From assembly GCA_036011085.1 (NCBI GenBank), contig DASCMS010000052.1, positions 20,166-84,165 of the forward strand: a stretch of DNA of 64,000 nt. The letters run 5' to 3'. This DNA comes from Candidatus Latescibacterota bacterium (GTDB taxonomy: Bacteria; Latescibacterota; UBA2968; UBA8231). Made by a program: the position numbers and the translations under genes. Of this stretch, positions 39,119 to 50,900 are shown one piece after another. The first letter of the stretch is position 1. Each line of letters opens with the position of its first letter. Below the pieces are notes generated by a model. The model worked only from the letters and a program-made list of their open reading frames with translations, was not told where the DNA came from and did not search any database.

Positions 39119-39253
39119 ATGTCATACGACCGGATCGTACAGGTCGCCGGAGTGGGCGGGATCGCCCTGCGCCGGATGACGTCCACCCCTACGACCACAC
39201 CGCCCGCCACGGGTACTCGTGACGGACAGACGATGGTGGTGTTTCCGGGGTAA
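39119..39253 (+). CDS. Putative Thr-rich leader peptide upstream of thrS (44 codons)
   Basis: Manual translation: MSYDRIVQVAGVGGIALRRMTSTPTTTPPATGTRDGQTMVVFPG. 7 Thr in a 13-codon stretch (39179-39217). GGAG lies 9 nt upstream of the ATG. Ends 32 nt before a strong terminator. Confidence 0.5.
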   Translation: MSYDRIVQVAGVGGIALRRMTSTPTTTPPATGTRDGQTMVVFPG

Positions 39254-39284
39254 GACCCGATCTCGAACTGACATTGACGAGAAA

Positions 39285-39323
39285 GCCCGCTGTCGACCGA
39301 CATATCGACAGGGGGCTTTTTTT
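39285..39323 (+). terminator. Intrinsic terminator (attenuator candidate) between promoter and thrS
   Basis: GCCCGCTGTCGA (39285-39296), loop CCGACATA, TCGACAGGGGGC (39305-39316): a 12-bp stem with one mismatch, then TTTTTTT (39317-39323). Only 35 nt remain before the thrS GTG. Confidence 0.8.
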
Positions 39324-39358
39324 CATGGAATACTGGACTGGAGTGAGATAGAAACAGC

Positions 39359-41284
39359 GTGAGAATCCAAATACGGGAAGGAGAGGTGCTCGAACACGAG
39401 GGCGGGGGCAACCTGCGTGACATCCTCATCGAGCACGACAAGACGATGCTGCGGGAGTTCATCGCGGCACGCAGCAGCGAGGAGAGCCGCATCGACTTCC
39501 ACACAGAGCTCGGTGCGGATGCCGAAGTCGAGTTGATGGCCTGGGATGACCCCGAAGCGGCGTGGATCTACCGGCACAGCATGTCCCATGTGCTGGCCCA
39601 GGCGGTCAGGCACCTGTTTCCCGACGCGCAGCTGGCCATCGGGCCGGCCATCGACGACGGCTTCTATTATGACTTCGATGTGGAGGAACCGTTTACACCG
39701 GAGGACCTGAAGGCGATCGAGAAACAGATGAAGCGCGTGGTGAAGCAGAACCACCGCTTCGAGCGCGAGGAGGTCAGCCGCGACGAGGCGCTCAGCCGAC
39801 TCGAGGGCGACACGTACAAGCTCGAACTGCTCGAAGATCTCGATGCGGAGGAGACGCTCACCTTCTATAAGGATGGGGACTTCGTCGATCTGTGCCGGGG
39901 GCCGCACATGCTGAGCACGGGGCAGGTCAAGCACTACAAGCTGCTCAACGTGGCCGGCGCCTACTGGCGTGGGGACGAGAGTCGCAAGATGCTGCAGCGC
40001 ATCTATGGCACGGCCTTCGCCACGCGCGAAGCCCTCGACCATCACATGAAGATGCTGGAGGAGGCGAAGAAGCGGGACCATCGCCGCCTCGGGCAGGAGC
40101 TGGAGCTGTTCTTCTTCGACGACGAGGTCGGCCCGGGTCTGCCGCTGTGGCAGCCAAAGGGAACTGTGCTGATCGACGAGCTGGAGAAGCTGGCGAAGGA
40201 GACGGAGACGGAAGCCGACTACCTGCGGGTGCGCACACCGCACATCGCCAAGGACAGCATCTACCTGACATCCGGTCATCTGCCGTATTACAAAGAATCG
40301 ATGTTCCCTCCCATGGAGATGGAGGGGGTGACGTACTACCTGAAGCCGATGAACTGTCCGCACCATCACAAGATCTTCGGCTCGGAGCCGCGCTCCTACC
40401 GTGATCTGCCGATCCGGCTGACGGAGTACGGCACGTGCTACCGGTATGAGCAGTCGGGCGAGTTGTTCGGTCTGATGCGGGTGCGGTCGATGCAGATGAA
40501 TGACGCGCACATCTACTGCCGCATCGATCAGTTCGAAGAGGAGTTCCTCGCCGTCTGTCGCATGTACCTGAAGTACTTCGAGCTGTTCGGCATCGAGAAG
40601 TACATGATGCGGTTCTCGACACACTCCGAGGAGGGGCTCGGCAAGAAGTACGTCGACGCACCGGAGCTGTGGAAGAAGACGGAGGACATGGTGCGCCGCA
40701 CGCTCGAGAACGGGGGCATCCCGTATGAGGAGGTCGCCGGCGAGGCCGCCTTCTACGGGCCGAAGATCGACGTCGAGATCTGGTCCGCCATCGGGCGCGA
40801 GTTCAGTATCGCCACGAACCAGGTCGATTTCGCTGTACCGGAGAGGTTCGGGCTGCACTACACAACAACGGAAGGTGGCGACGAAACGCCGTTGTGTATT
40901 CACCGGGCCCCACTGGGCACACACGAGCGCATGATCGGCTTTCTGATCGAGCACTATGCGGGGGCTTTCCCGCCGTGGCTGGCCCCGGTGCAGGCCGTCG
41001 TTCTGCCGATCGCTGAGCGTCATCAGGAGTACGGTGCCAAGGTGCTGGCGGCTCTGCGGGCGGAGGGCGTCCGAGCCGAATCACATGCGGACCAGACGCT
41101 CAACTACCGTATCAGGGCGGCGCAGAAACAGAAGATACCGTTCATGATGATCCTCGGTGATCGCGAGGTGGAGGATGGGCAGGTCGCTATCAGGCTGCGG
41201 TCCGGTGACAACATGGATCCCATGGGAGCTGATGCCGCGGTGACGATGATCACCGACAAGATCGCCACTCGTTCGGCCGAGTAA
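39359..41284 (+). CDS. thrS: Threonine--tRNA ligase
   Basis: 641 aa with a GTG start. TGS-like N-terminus, editing-domain HSMSHVLAQAV, class II motifs (FRRDE-like RVRTPHI, GELFGLMRVRSMQMNDAHIYC, YGPKIDVEI) and an anticodon-binding C-terminus. Confidence 0.95.
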   Translation: MRIQIREGEVLEHEGGGNLRDILIEHDKTMLREFIAARSSEESRIDFHTELGADAEVELMAWDDPEAAWIYRHSMSHVLAQAVRHLFPDAQLAIGPAIDDGFYYDFDVEEPFTPEDLKAIEKQMKRVVKQNHRFEREEVSRDEALSRLEGDTYKLELLEDLDAEETLTFYKDGDFVDLCRGPHMLSTGQVKHYKLLNVAGAYWRGDESRKMLQRIYGTAFATREALDHHMKMLEEAKKRDHRRLGQELELFFFDDEVGPGLPLWQPKGTVLIDELEKLAKETETEADYLRVRTPHIAKDSIYLTSGHLPYYKESMFPPMEMEGVTYYLKPMNCPHHHKIFGSEPRSYRDLPIRLTEYGTCYRYEQSGELFGLMRVRSMQMNDAHIYCRIDQFEEEFLAVCRMYLKYFELFGIEKYMMRFSTHSEEGLGKKYVDAPELWKKTEDMVRRTLENGGIPYEEVAGEAAFYGPKIDVEIWSAIGREFSIATNQVDFAVPERFGLHYTTTEGGDETPLCIHRAPLGTHERMIGFLIEHYAGAFPPWLAPVQAVVLPIAERHQEYGAKVLAALRAEGVRAESHADQTLNYRIRAAQKQKIPFMMILGDREVEDGQVAIRLRSGDNMDPMGADAAVTMITDKIATRSAE

Positions 41285-41384
41285 GCAGAGGACCTCCCTG
41301 GCAAAACGGCGGCAGCCTCTGGGAAAACGGGTACGTCGTACGGCGACGATCCTGTGGCGCTTCCGGTTCCATTTCCTGTGTGCC

Positions 41385-42005
41385 GTGGGTGCCCTGCTGC
41401 TGTGGAACACGGCGTTGATCAAGCCCTTCAGGGTCTTTGTCGTGATGGTGCACGAGGTGTGCCACGCCTCCGCCTCGTTGATGACGGGGGGCGATGTCAT
41501 CGAGATGCACACCGCCTGGGAGGAATCGGGACATACCCTGACCAGCGGCGGGTGGCCGCCGCTGATCATTTCGGCCGGGTACGTGGGATCGGCACTGATC
41601 GGGGCGGCCCTCATCGGTGCCGGAATACTGCCCCAGTTGCAGCGGTTCTTCGTCCTGCTCGTGGGTGCCGTCACCATGGGTATGACGATGGCCTATACGC
41701 CGGTGGGTGGGGCCGGGTTCTACCTCGGGATTCTGGGTGGACTGGCGTTGGTCTGCCTGGCCATGTACTCGGCCAGGGCGGGCGCCGCCTGTGCCGTGTG
41801 GCTGGGGGTGATGCTTTGCCTCTACAGTTTCCACGACTTCCACTCCGACTTGTGGTTGTTCGCCCAGTACACCGACGCCGGCATCCTGGCCGCGTACTGG
41901 GGACTGCCCTGGCTGGCCTATCCCATCGCTGCGCTGTGGGTGTGGCTGTCCGTCTGGGTGATGTACCGTGCCATGGGCACGCTGATGAGACACGAAAAGG
42001 ACTGA
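41385..42005 (+). CDS. M50B-like membrane metallopeptidase
   Basis: FRVFVVMVHEVCHASASLMTGG (HExxH in a TM helix) followed by about 5 hydrophobic segments. The true start may lie upstream: the frame is open from 41283, with CTG 41352 possible. Confidence 0.7.
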   Translation: MGALLLWNTALIKPFRVFVVMVHEVCHASASLMTGGDVIEMHTAWEESGHTLTSGGWPPLIISAGYVGSALIGAALIGAGILPQLQRFFVLLVGAVTMGMTMAYTPVGGAGFYLGILGGLALVCLAMYSARAGAACAVWLGVMLCLYSFHDFHSDLWLFAQYTDAGILAAYWGLPWLAYPIAALWVWLSVWVMYRAMGTLMRHEKD

Positions 42006-42021
42006 GAAGACAGGACACACT

Positions 42022-43800
42022 ATGCGAATGAGTCAGTTGTTCAGCCAGACCCTGCGCGAAGCACCGAATGATGCCGAGGTGGCCAGTCACATCCTGCTGC
42101 TGCGGGCAGGATTCATGCGTCAACTCGCCAGTGGTGTCTTCAGTTACCTGCCGTTGGCGCAGAGAGCACTGGGCAAGATCGAGGCGATCATCCGGGCCGA
42201 GATGGAAGCCATCGGCGGCCAGGAGATCAAGATGCCGGTGGTGCACTCCGCCGAGGTGTGGAAGGAGTCGGGTCGCTATCTCGAATATGACGACTCACTG
42301 ACCCGCTTCGAGGACCGCCACGGTCGCGACATGGTGCTGGCCACAACCCATGAGGAGATCGCCGCCGACCTGGCACGCAAAGAGATCAAGTCGTATCGCC
42401 AGCTGCCGCAGATGATCTACCATTTCCAGACCAAGTGGCGCGATGAGGCCCGGCCCACGTCGGGTCTGCTGAGAGTGCGCGAGTTCACCATGAAGGACTC
42501 GTATTCCCTCGATGCGACACAGGAGGGTCTGGAGAGGCAGTACATAGCCCACCACCAGGCCTACTTCAACATCTTCCGGCGGTGCGGCATACCGATCGTG
42601 GCTGTGGCCGCTGACTCGGGGATCATGGGAGGAAAGGTGTCCCATGAGTTCATGTTTCTGAGCGATGTCGGTGAGGACACGATCGTCCGCTGTGAGGGCT
42701 GCGGATACTCGGCCAACGGACAGGTCGCTGAGTTCGCCCGATCCGAACCGGTCGCTGCCGACCCTGCGGTCATGGAGAGGATCGCCACGCCGGAGACGAA
42801 GACGATCGAGGACCTGGCGCAGCTGCTCGACATTGAGTCCCGGCAGACGGCCAAGGCCGTGTTCTTCATGGGGCGCTACAAGGACGAGGACGGAGAAGGG
42901 GACGAAGAGAAACTGATCTTCGCCGTCGTGCGAGGGGATCTCGAGGTGAATGAGACGAAGGTGGCCAATGCCGCCGGCGCCCTCGAGCTCCGTCCGGCCC
43001 ATGACGACGAGATCAAGGCGGTGGGCGCCGTCGCCGGGTACGCTTCTCCCATCGGTCTGCAGGACGTGCTCGTCATCGCCGACGAGTCGATCCCGGCAGC
43101 CGCCAACCTCGTGGCGGGCGCCAACGAGGACGGCTTTCACATGAAAGATGTGAACTACGGCCGCGACTGGGAGGCGACGACGGTGGCCGATATCGCCTCG
43201 GCGGGGGAAGGAGATGCCTGCCATCGCTGCGGCAAGCCGCTGTCACTTGCCAGAGGTGTCGAGGTAGGCAACATCTTCCAGCTTGGCACGCGTTTCACCG
43301 ACGCTCTGGGCGCCAGCTTCCTCGACGAGAACGGCAGGGCTCAGTCGATCATCATGGGATCGTATGGCATCGGCGTCGGTCGTCTTCTGGCCTGCGTGGC
43401 CGAACACTCTCACGACGACGCCGGGTGCGTCTGGCCGGTGACGATCGCTCCGTACCAGGTCCATCTCGTGTCCCTGGCCAAGAGTGATGGCGATGCCAGA
43501 ACCGCGGCGGAAGGGCTCTACGCCGAACTGATCTCCCGTGGGATCGAGGTGCTCTACGACGATCGCAAGGAGAACCCGGGGGTCAAGTTCAACGATGCCG
43601 ATCTCATCGGCTGTCCGGTGCGCATCACCGTGGGAGACCGTGGCCTGAAGAAGGAGATCATGGAACTGAAGGTGCGCACCGACGAGGGCAAGGGAGACGA
43701 AGTGCCCGTGGCCGACATCGCCGGACGGGTGGAGGCGATCCTTGCCGAGCTTCGGGCAGCCATCGAGGCGACGGTCGTGGAGGAGCCCTACGAGCCCTGA
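42022..43800 (+). CDS. proS: Proline--tRNA ligase (bacterial type with INS editing domain)
   Basis: 592 aa. MRMSQLFSQTLREAPNDAEVASHILLLRAGFMRQLASGVFSYLPL is a typical ProRS N-terminus. Class II motifs and a C-terminal anticodon-binding domain. Confidence 0.95.
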   Translation: MRMSQLFSQTLREAPNDAEVASHILLLRAGFMRQLASGVFSYLPLAQRALGKIEAIIRAEMEAIGGQEIKMPVVHSAEVWKESGRYLEYDDSLTRFEDRHGRDMVLATTHEEIAADLARKEIKSYRQLPQMIYHFQTKWRDEARPTSGLLRVREFTMKDSYSLDATQEGLERQYIAHHQAYFNIFRRCGIPIVAVAADSGIMGGKVSHEFMFLSDVGEDTIVRCEGCGYSANGQVAEFARSEPVAADPAVMERIATPETKTIEDLAQLLDIESRQTAKAVFFMGRYKDEDGEGDEEKLIFAVVRGDLEVNETKVANAAGALELRPAHDDEIKAVGAVAGYASPIGLQDVLVIADESIPAAANLVAGANEDGFHMKDVNYGRDWEATTVADIASAGEGDACHRCGKPLSLARGVEVGNIFQLGTRFTDALGASFLDENGRAQSIIMGSYGIGVGRLLACVAEHSHDDAGCVWPVTIAPYQVHLVSLAKSDGDARTAAEGLYAELISRGIEVLYDDRKENPGVKFNDADLIGCPVRITVGDRGLKKEIMELKVRTDEGKGDEVPVADIAGRVEAILAELRAAIEATVVEEPYEP

Positions 43801-43809
43801 AGATTCGGT

Positions 43810-44784
43810 TCAGTTCTCAGCGTAGACGGCCTCGCGGATGCCTTTGAGATACCCCACGGCGAAGAGCCGGGCGATGCGCAGTTCATCGGCGTATTCGCCA
43901 TCACCCATCGCCGGGTAATGATCCGGTCGACAGACCCCCCCGACGCCGGCATCCTTGTAGGCGCGCCAGCACTCCACAAGATCTGACTGACCGTCGTCGT
44001 GGAAGGCCTCCTGGAAATGGTCGGGTGTACCGCGCACGTCGCGCATGTGGACGAAGTGGATCCTGTCCTGCTCGCCGAAATGGCGGATCGCGGCGGGCAG
44101 GTCGTCCGTCATCAGGGCGAAATTCCCCTGACACAGGCCGATGCCGTTCATCGGGCTCGGCACCAGGTCGATCAGGCGCTGGTAGTTGTCGATCGTGCTC
44201 ATGATGCGGGCGACGCCGCGGATCGGTGACAGGGGCGGGTCATCGGGGTGCATGGCCATCTTCACTCCCGCTTCTTCGGCGACGGGGACGACGCGCTCCA
44301 GGAAGTACTTCAGATTCTCCCACTGCTGCTCTTCTGTGACGACGCCGTGTTCGGTCAGCGGTTCGTCGCGGACGTGCTCGTGGTGGTAGGCGCTGACCGT
44401 GGCGCCCCCCCGCGTGGGCTGGTCACGGCTCGTGCGCATGACCCCCAGGATCGGCATCCAGGAGCTGCACCAAACGGGGATTCCGAGCTCACCCATGTTG
44501 CGCAGCATGTGGCAGACGACGTCGATCTCTTCGTCGCGGCCGGGCAGTGCAAGTTTGATGTTCTCCATACCGGGCCGGCCCTCGATGACGGCCAGTTCCA
44601 CGCCGATCTTCTCGTAGGTCTCCTTCCAGCCTCTCAGTCCCGTCAGACTCCAGGGCTGCTCGTCCTCAGGTGCGTTGGGGATCGTCTTCAGCCCCTTGTG
44701 GCAGACGGCATGTTCGACGCCGCACTGGCGCATCAGGGTCCAGGGCAGGCCGGGCTCGGGGGGCAGGTTGACGGCGATCTTCAT
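43810..44784 (-). CDS. uxuA: Mannonate dehydratase
   Basis: Start re-picked to MKIAVNLPPEPG, preceded by GGGAG. ...GVKMAMHPDDPP...GIGLCQGNF...HFVHMRDV match the UxuA/xylose-isomerase-like TIM barrel. The symbol rests on motif recognition only. Confidence 0.75.
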   Translation of the reverse strand: MKIAVNLPPEPGLPWTLMRQCGVEHAVCHKGLKTIPNAPEDEQPWSLTGLRGWKETYEKIGVELAVIEGRPGMENIKLALPGRDEEIDVVCHMLRNMGELGIPVWCSSWMPILGVMRTSRDQPTRGGATVSAYHHEHVRDEPLTEHGVVTEEQQWENLKYFLERVVPVAEEAGVKMAMHPDDPPLSPIRGVARIMSTIDNYQRLIDLVPSPMNGIGLCQGNFALMTDDLPAAIRHFGEQDRIHFVHMRDVRGTPDHFQEAFHDDGQSDLVECWRAYKDAGVGGVCRPDHYPAMGDGEYADELRIARLFAVGYLKGIREAVYAEN

Positions 44785-44941
44785 CGGTATACTCCCGGTG
44801 ACCGGGTTCGGAGCGGCGGATTGCGGTCCCCAAGATAGGCAACCCCGGGGTCCCGTCGAGGCCGCCCTGATTGACATGAGCCCGGCCAGTGCTCAACATG
44901 TCCGGGCTGGAAAAACCCAACCTCAAGAAAGGTGACCCACC

Positions 44942-45835
44942 GTGCATTTCGACAACCGCGATGACATCCTCCTGATGACCCCGAAGTGGGAGGGAGACCG
45001 TTTCGACAATGGCCGTCCCCGCGTACCCGACGAGATTCTGACCCGTATCTCGAAGATCGCCATCGAAGAGGCCTGGGGCGTCTGCTGGGGACAGGACTAC
45101 AAGCACCAGTTCCAGGGAGAATGGCAGGTCATCAATCCCAAGGCCAAGACGCTGGCGGGGCGTGCCGTCACGGGCGTCATGGTGCCCAAGCGCCCCGACC
45201 TGCACGACACACTGCTGGAGCTGGGACAGAAGGAAGAGGGCCGTGTTGGCTTCTTCAATTCCTGGGTCATCGAGGTGCTGGAGAAGGATGACGTCATCGT
45301 CATCGACATGTTCGACAAGGTCTTCCAGGGGACCTACTCCGGCGGCAACCTGACCAACGCCATCGCCGCCCGGGGCGCCAGAGGACAGGTGCTGTGGTGC
45401 GGCGTGCGTGACCTCGAGCAGATCATGGACATGGAGGAGCTGGTCACCTATCACCGCGGCAACGACCCCACCGCCATCGGTGATGTGACCCTTACAGGAA
45501 TCAACGTGCCCTGTCGCATCGGCAATGCCATCTGCATGCCGGGAGACGTGGTGCTGGGCACCCGGGCAGGAATCCTGTTCGTGCCTCCGCACCTGGCCGA
45601 GGAATGCTGCCTGCGTGCCGAGCACGTGCAGCTGCGTGAGATCTTCCAGTTCAAGCGCATCCACGAAGGCGTGTACAACTCGTTCCAGATGGACTCGAAG
45701 TGGTCGGACGAGATCGAGGCCGACTTCAAGGAGTGGCGCAAGACGGATACGCCGGAGGACTTCCAGCACCTGACGTTCGACGAGGACAAGCCGAAGGACG
45801 ATCAGGCGACCTCAGACGCCGGGACGAGCCTGTAA
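44942..45835 (+). CDS. RraA-family protein (HMG/CHA-aldolase-like), unusually long
   Basis: 297 aa with a GTG start. GDVIVIDMF-type segment DDVIVIDMFDKVFQGTYSGGNLTNAIAARGARGQVLWCGVRD is the RraA-fold signature. TTGACA at 44871-44876 is a possible -35. Confidence 0.7.
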   Translation: MHFDNRDDILLMTPKWEGDRFDNGRPRVPDEILTRISKIAIEEAWGVCWGQDYKHQFQGEWQVINPKAKTLAGRAVTGVMVPKRPDLHDTLLELGQKEEGRVGFFNSWVIEVLEKDDVIVIDMFDKVFQGTYSGGNLTNAIAARGARGQVLWCGVRDLEQIMDMEELVTYHRGNDPTAIGDVTLTGINVPCRIGNAICMPGDVVLGTRAGILFVPPHLAEECCLRAEHVQLREIFQFKRIHEGVYNSFQMDSKWSDEIEADFKEWRKTDTPEDFQHLTFDEDKPKDDQATSDAGTSL

Positions 45836-45852
45836 CCCGCAGGCGGAACGGC

Positions 45853-46491
45853 ATGCCGGTCTTTCGCGCGGGTCCCGGCCAGGCACCGGCCTGGAGTGAG
45901 TTGGAGTCTTTCTCCATCGTCCGGCTGACCCCTGGCCAGACGCACGGCATCGAACGCGTCGGCGCCAGGGAAAAGCTCATCGTCGGACGTGGGAGCTGCC
46001 GCATCTCCCTCGATGGCGGTGACGGCGAGCCCGTTGAAGAAGGCGCCAATCTCGATCTGACGGGGCTGGATGAAGCCTTCGGTGTCACCGAGGTCAGTGA
46101 GGCGGTCACCCTGATCCACATGTGCGGCCGGTGGGGGGACGAACTCGGTGGTTCCGGCCTGTTTTCGGGAGCCGCGAGCGCCGACCCGCAGGACAAGGGC
46201 GACGCGGTGGACTATCCGAAGCAGACAGACTTCGACAGTCACTACCACGACTGTGACGAGCACTGGATTCTGTTCGAGGGGCGCGCCGAGGCGATCAGCG
46301 AAGGACATCGATACGAGGTCGGCCCGGGAGACTGCGTGGCCACAGGCATGGGGCATCACCACGATCTCCCCATCGTGCATGAAACGCTCCGGGCGGTCTA
46401 TTTCGAGACGACGATGCAGGGTGAGAAGCGGCGCGGCCATCTCTGGGACCACACGCACGGTAGGGCGCAACCTATTCCGGAGCGCGCCTGA
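45853..46491 (+). CDS. Cupin-domain protein
   Basis: Start re-picked to MPVFRAGPG. HYHDCDEHWILFEGRAE...GDCVATGMGHHH resembles a cupin metal motif. Confidence 0.6.
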   Translation: MPVFRAGPGQAPAWSELESFSIVRLTPGQTHGIERVGAREKLIVGRGSCRISLDGGDGEPVEEGANLDLTGLDEAFGVTEVSEAVTLIHMCGRWGDELGGSGLFSGAASADPQDKGDAVDYPKQTDFDSHYHDCDEHWILFEGRAEAISEGHRYEVGPGDCVATGMGHHHDLPIVHETLRAVYFETTMQGEKRRGHLWDHTHGRAQPIPERA

Positions 46492-46504
46492 GAAGGCGCC
46501 ACGG

Positions 46505-47947
<1,443 letters not shown>

Positions 47948-47948
47948 G

Positions 47949-50900
47949 TCAGATATTCATCGGATTTCGTGGGGCACGGAACGCCATGACCCACAGAACC
48001 ACGACGACAAGACCGGCGACGCCCAACCAGATCCAGCCGTGCAATCTGAAGCCCTCGGCGGATTGCTCCAGCAGTCGGATGGAACCATCGACGGAGGTGA
48101 TGAGGAATCCGGTGAGGGCGTAGGCGGCGATGTTATCCCGAAACAGCCAGATCAGGGCGCCCGCGGTGAAGGCGGACGAGAGCAGAAAGCCGCCCCAGGA
48201 AAAGAAGAATTCCTCAGGCGTGTACGCACCGGCGCCGGCGGCGCACGCTCCCAGAATCAGCACCGCACTGATGACGAGGGAGGCCCGCTTCAGAACGCGA
48301 GTCGCGTAGTAGATGGCAATGGCGGCCGATATCGGCATGTAGAGCCCACGTGCCAGAGCCCTGGAGAGCCCGCCAAGGGAGGGGAACAGGCTGTCGACGT
48401 CGGGTACACCCGGACCGGTGGGGACTGTCGCCTGCGGCCAGGTCAGCATGACGACGTCCAACCAGCGCTCCACTGCCAGACTGCCGGCCACGGCAAGAGC
48501 GGCCAGCAGGACGGCATCCTTCAACTGGGGTGCCAGCATCTTCGGCGTCAGTCGGCTCAGCACACCAGGAAACATGGATTCCGCCAGACCCGACCCGCCG
48601 GCGACGACGAGACCGGTTACGAGCGCGGCGAAGACGAGGACGATGACCTGGATGAGAGTGAAGACACCGAGGGGAATCTCAGTGGTGTAGGAGGCGAAGA
48701 ACGTGGGCAGGCCGTTGACGGAGCTGACGGCGAACAACAGGGCTCCCGCCGCACCGATCCACAAGGGGCGGCGCCAGGTGAGGTCCCCGGCGCGGATGCC
48801 GGCTACGAGCAGCCACAGCAGATGGAGACCGACGGCGATGATCGTCAGGATGGGAGCCCAGCGCAGGACGGTTCGCCAGATGCTGCCTTCCTCCCGTTCC
48901 CGCAGCCACTCCTCCGGAAGCTTGACGAAACGGCGCAGGCCCGCCGGTTGGTCGCCGGCCACGTGGACCTCGCAGCGGAAGGTGGATTCCTCGACGTTTC
49001 GAGGGTCGCCAGCCGTCGCTTCCCAGACGAACCAGTGATCTCGTCGATTGGGCAGTTTCTCCGACGACGCCTCCTTCAGCGTGAAACGGCTGGGGTCGAG
49101 GCCCTGAGAACGCATCCGCTGCTCCGCTACCGTCCGGGCCTCGTCCTCGCTCAGGTCGGCGCCTGCCGCATCCTCGGCAAGCTGGTGTTGGACGGAATAG
49201 AGGTCGCCGTCCTCCGGTCGCAGGTAGACCTGCCACTCCTCCTTCTGCTGCGGGCGGTAGAAGCGGACCCGCCACAGGGCTGTGGCCAGATCGTCGCGAT
49301 ACAACCTCACCGCCGCTTCCGACCCGGCGCGCTCGTGCCGGTAGGCGACATCGTTGTGATCCCACTGATTGTGCTGGGCGACGACGGAGTGGAAGCTGTC
49401 GACGGCAACGCCGCCATCCTGCAGGTGCTGGCTGGCCCGCGCCAGCGCCGTGTCGGCGGTGATAGCGAAGTCGGGCTCCGGAGACCAGTCCGGCGCTGAG
49501 AAGGCGAAGACGGACAGTCCGGCAAGCACGACGAGGGCTGCGGTACCCAATCGGGACGGGCGCAGGGGGTGGTACATGGCGATGGTACCCGCCCCCGACA
49601 GGATCTGGGCCTCCGGGCTCATGTCCGCCCGGCTGCGGTCTCGCGGCTGGATCAACGGGGGTGCGTCTTCACGGTTGAGCAGGGAGACGGGGTCGATGAA
49701 GTAACGGCCACGCACGTACAGGAAGATGGCCACTGCCAGGGGGATCAGCATGATGCCGACGGATGCGGCGGCAGACAACACGAAATAGGGGTTGGAGGAG
49801 CGCAGCAGGATAAGAGCCGTGTAGAGCGCGTCGATCGTGTAGTGCCACACCAGGGCGGGAAGCAGTCCCCAGCGGATGACGACATACCCCATGATGATAC
49901 CCGCCAGGCCCACCTCGACCCCTCGAATCCAGAAAGGCTGCTGCGGGTAGCCGGCGTGGGCGAAGCCCCACACCAGCGCCGAAAGCAGCACCGCGAGCCA
50001 ACGGTGTTTGAGGAGACGGTGCAGGAAAGGGATCGAGAACGCCCTTGAGGTGAACTCCTCGGAGACGGCAGGCATGAAGCCGATGAGAAGCACCACGACC
50101 CACGGAAAATGGGTATTGACCATCTCCCGATAGGGGATATCGGCAGGGCTCCAGGCGCCATAGTGGTCGGCCACGAGGTAGAACAGGGTCTGATAGGCGA
50201 CGAACACCGCCGTCAGCGTCAAGCCGATGATGGTACCGATGAGGAAGCGTTTGGTGCGCATGCCGTCCGGCAGGAACTGCTCCGTAACACTGACCTGACC
50301 GCCGTACCAACGGCGGTATTCCGGTTCGGCGCCGGCGACGATGAAGGCGATGCCCACCCCCGAGGCGAGGGCGGCAGCCAGACCGATCAACACGCTTTCG
50401 GTGAGGAAGTTGGAGAAGGTGTCGGTCGTGTCGAAGCCGAAGATCGTCACCGGCAGATTGTTGAGCTGCGACAGGAAGGTGAGAGCGAAGGCGATGGCGC
50501 CGAAGATCAGCGCCGTCCGCCAGCGCACGTCCTGACCACGGATTCCGGCCACCAGACGAGCCAGCATGGCGATCCACGTGACAAACATCAACAGTCTGGC
50601 GATCAGGCCCGTGGCCTGGTTGCTGGAGCGCAACTCGTCGTACTGGCGCTGCCATGCCTCGGGGACCTTCAGGTATTCGGCATAGCCGCCGACGAGGTCA
50701 CCTTGAATACGGACCCGGTAGCGATAGGTGCCTTCGGCGACTGTGAAGCCTGCCAGCTTCCAGGTGAAGGCGTGATCGATCCGGTGGGGGCGTTCCGTCG
50801 TCTCGGCTTCAACGAACTCGAGGCCCGCCATGTCGAGGCCGATGGTCTGCGCCAGGAACTGCTCGGCCAACCGGCGGGCTTCGGTCTGCGCCAGACTGGC

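Noticed and set aside
39205-39224. Small hairpin CACG-GGTACT-CGTG as a tRNA-Thr anticodon-arm mimic (E. coli-type thrS operator)
   Set aside because: It has only a 4-5 bp stem and a 6-nt loop, lies inside the leader ORF and is far from the thrS ribosome-binding site. The evidence is too weak to call.
39077-39323. T-box riboswitch as the thrS leader
   Set aside because: GATGGTGGTGTTTCC only loosely resembles the T-box core (GGGTGGTACCGCG). It sits about 45 nt upstream of the terminator instead of forming its 5' arm. I saw no Stem I, K-turn or specifier-loop features. A covariance-model scan (Rfam RF00230) would settle it.
39323-41023. 566-aa minus-strand ORF
   Set aside because: It is antisense to thrS, which is unambiguous.
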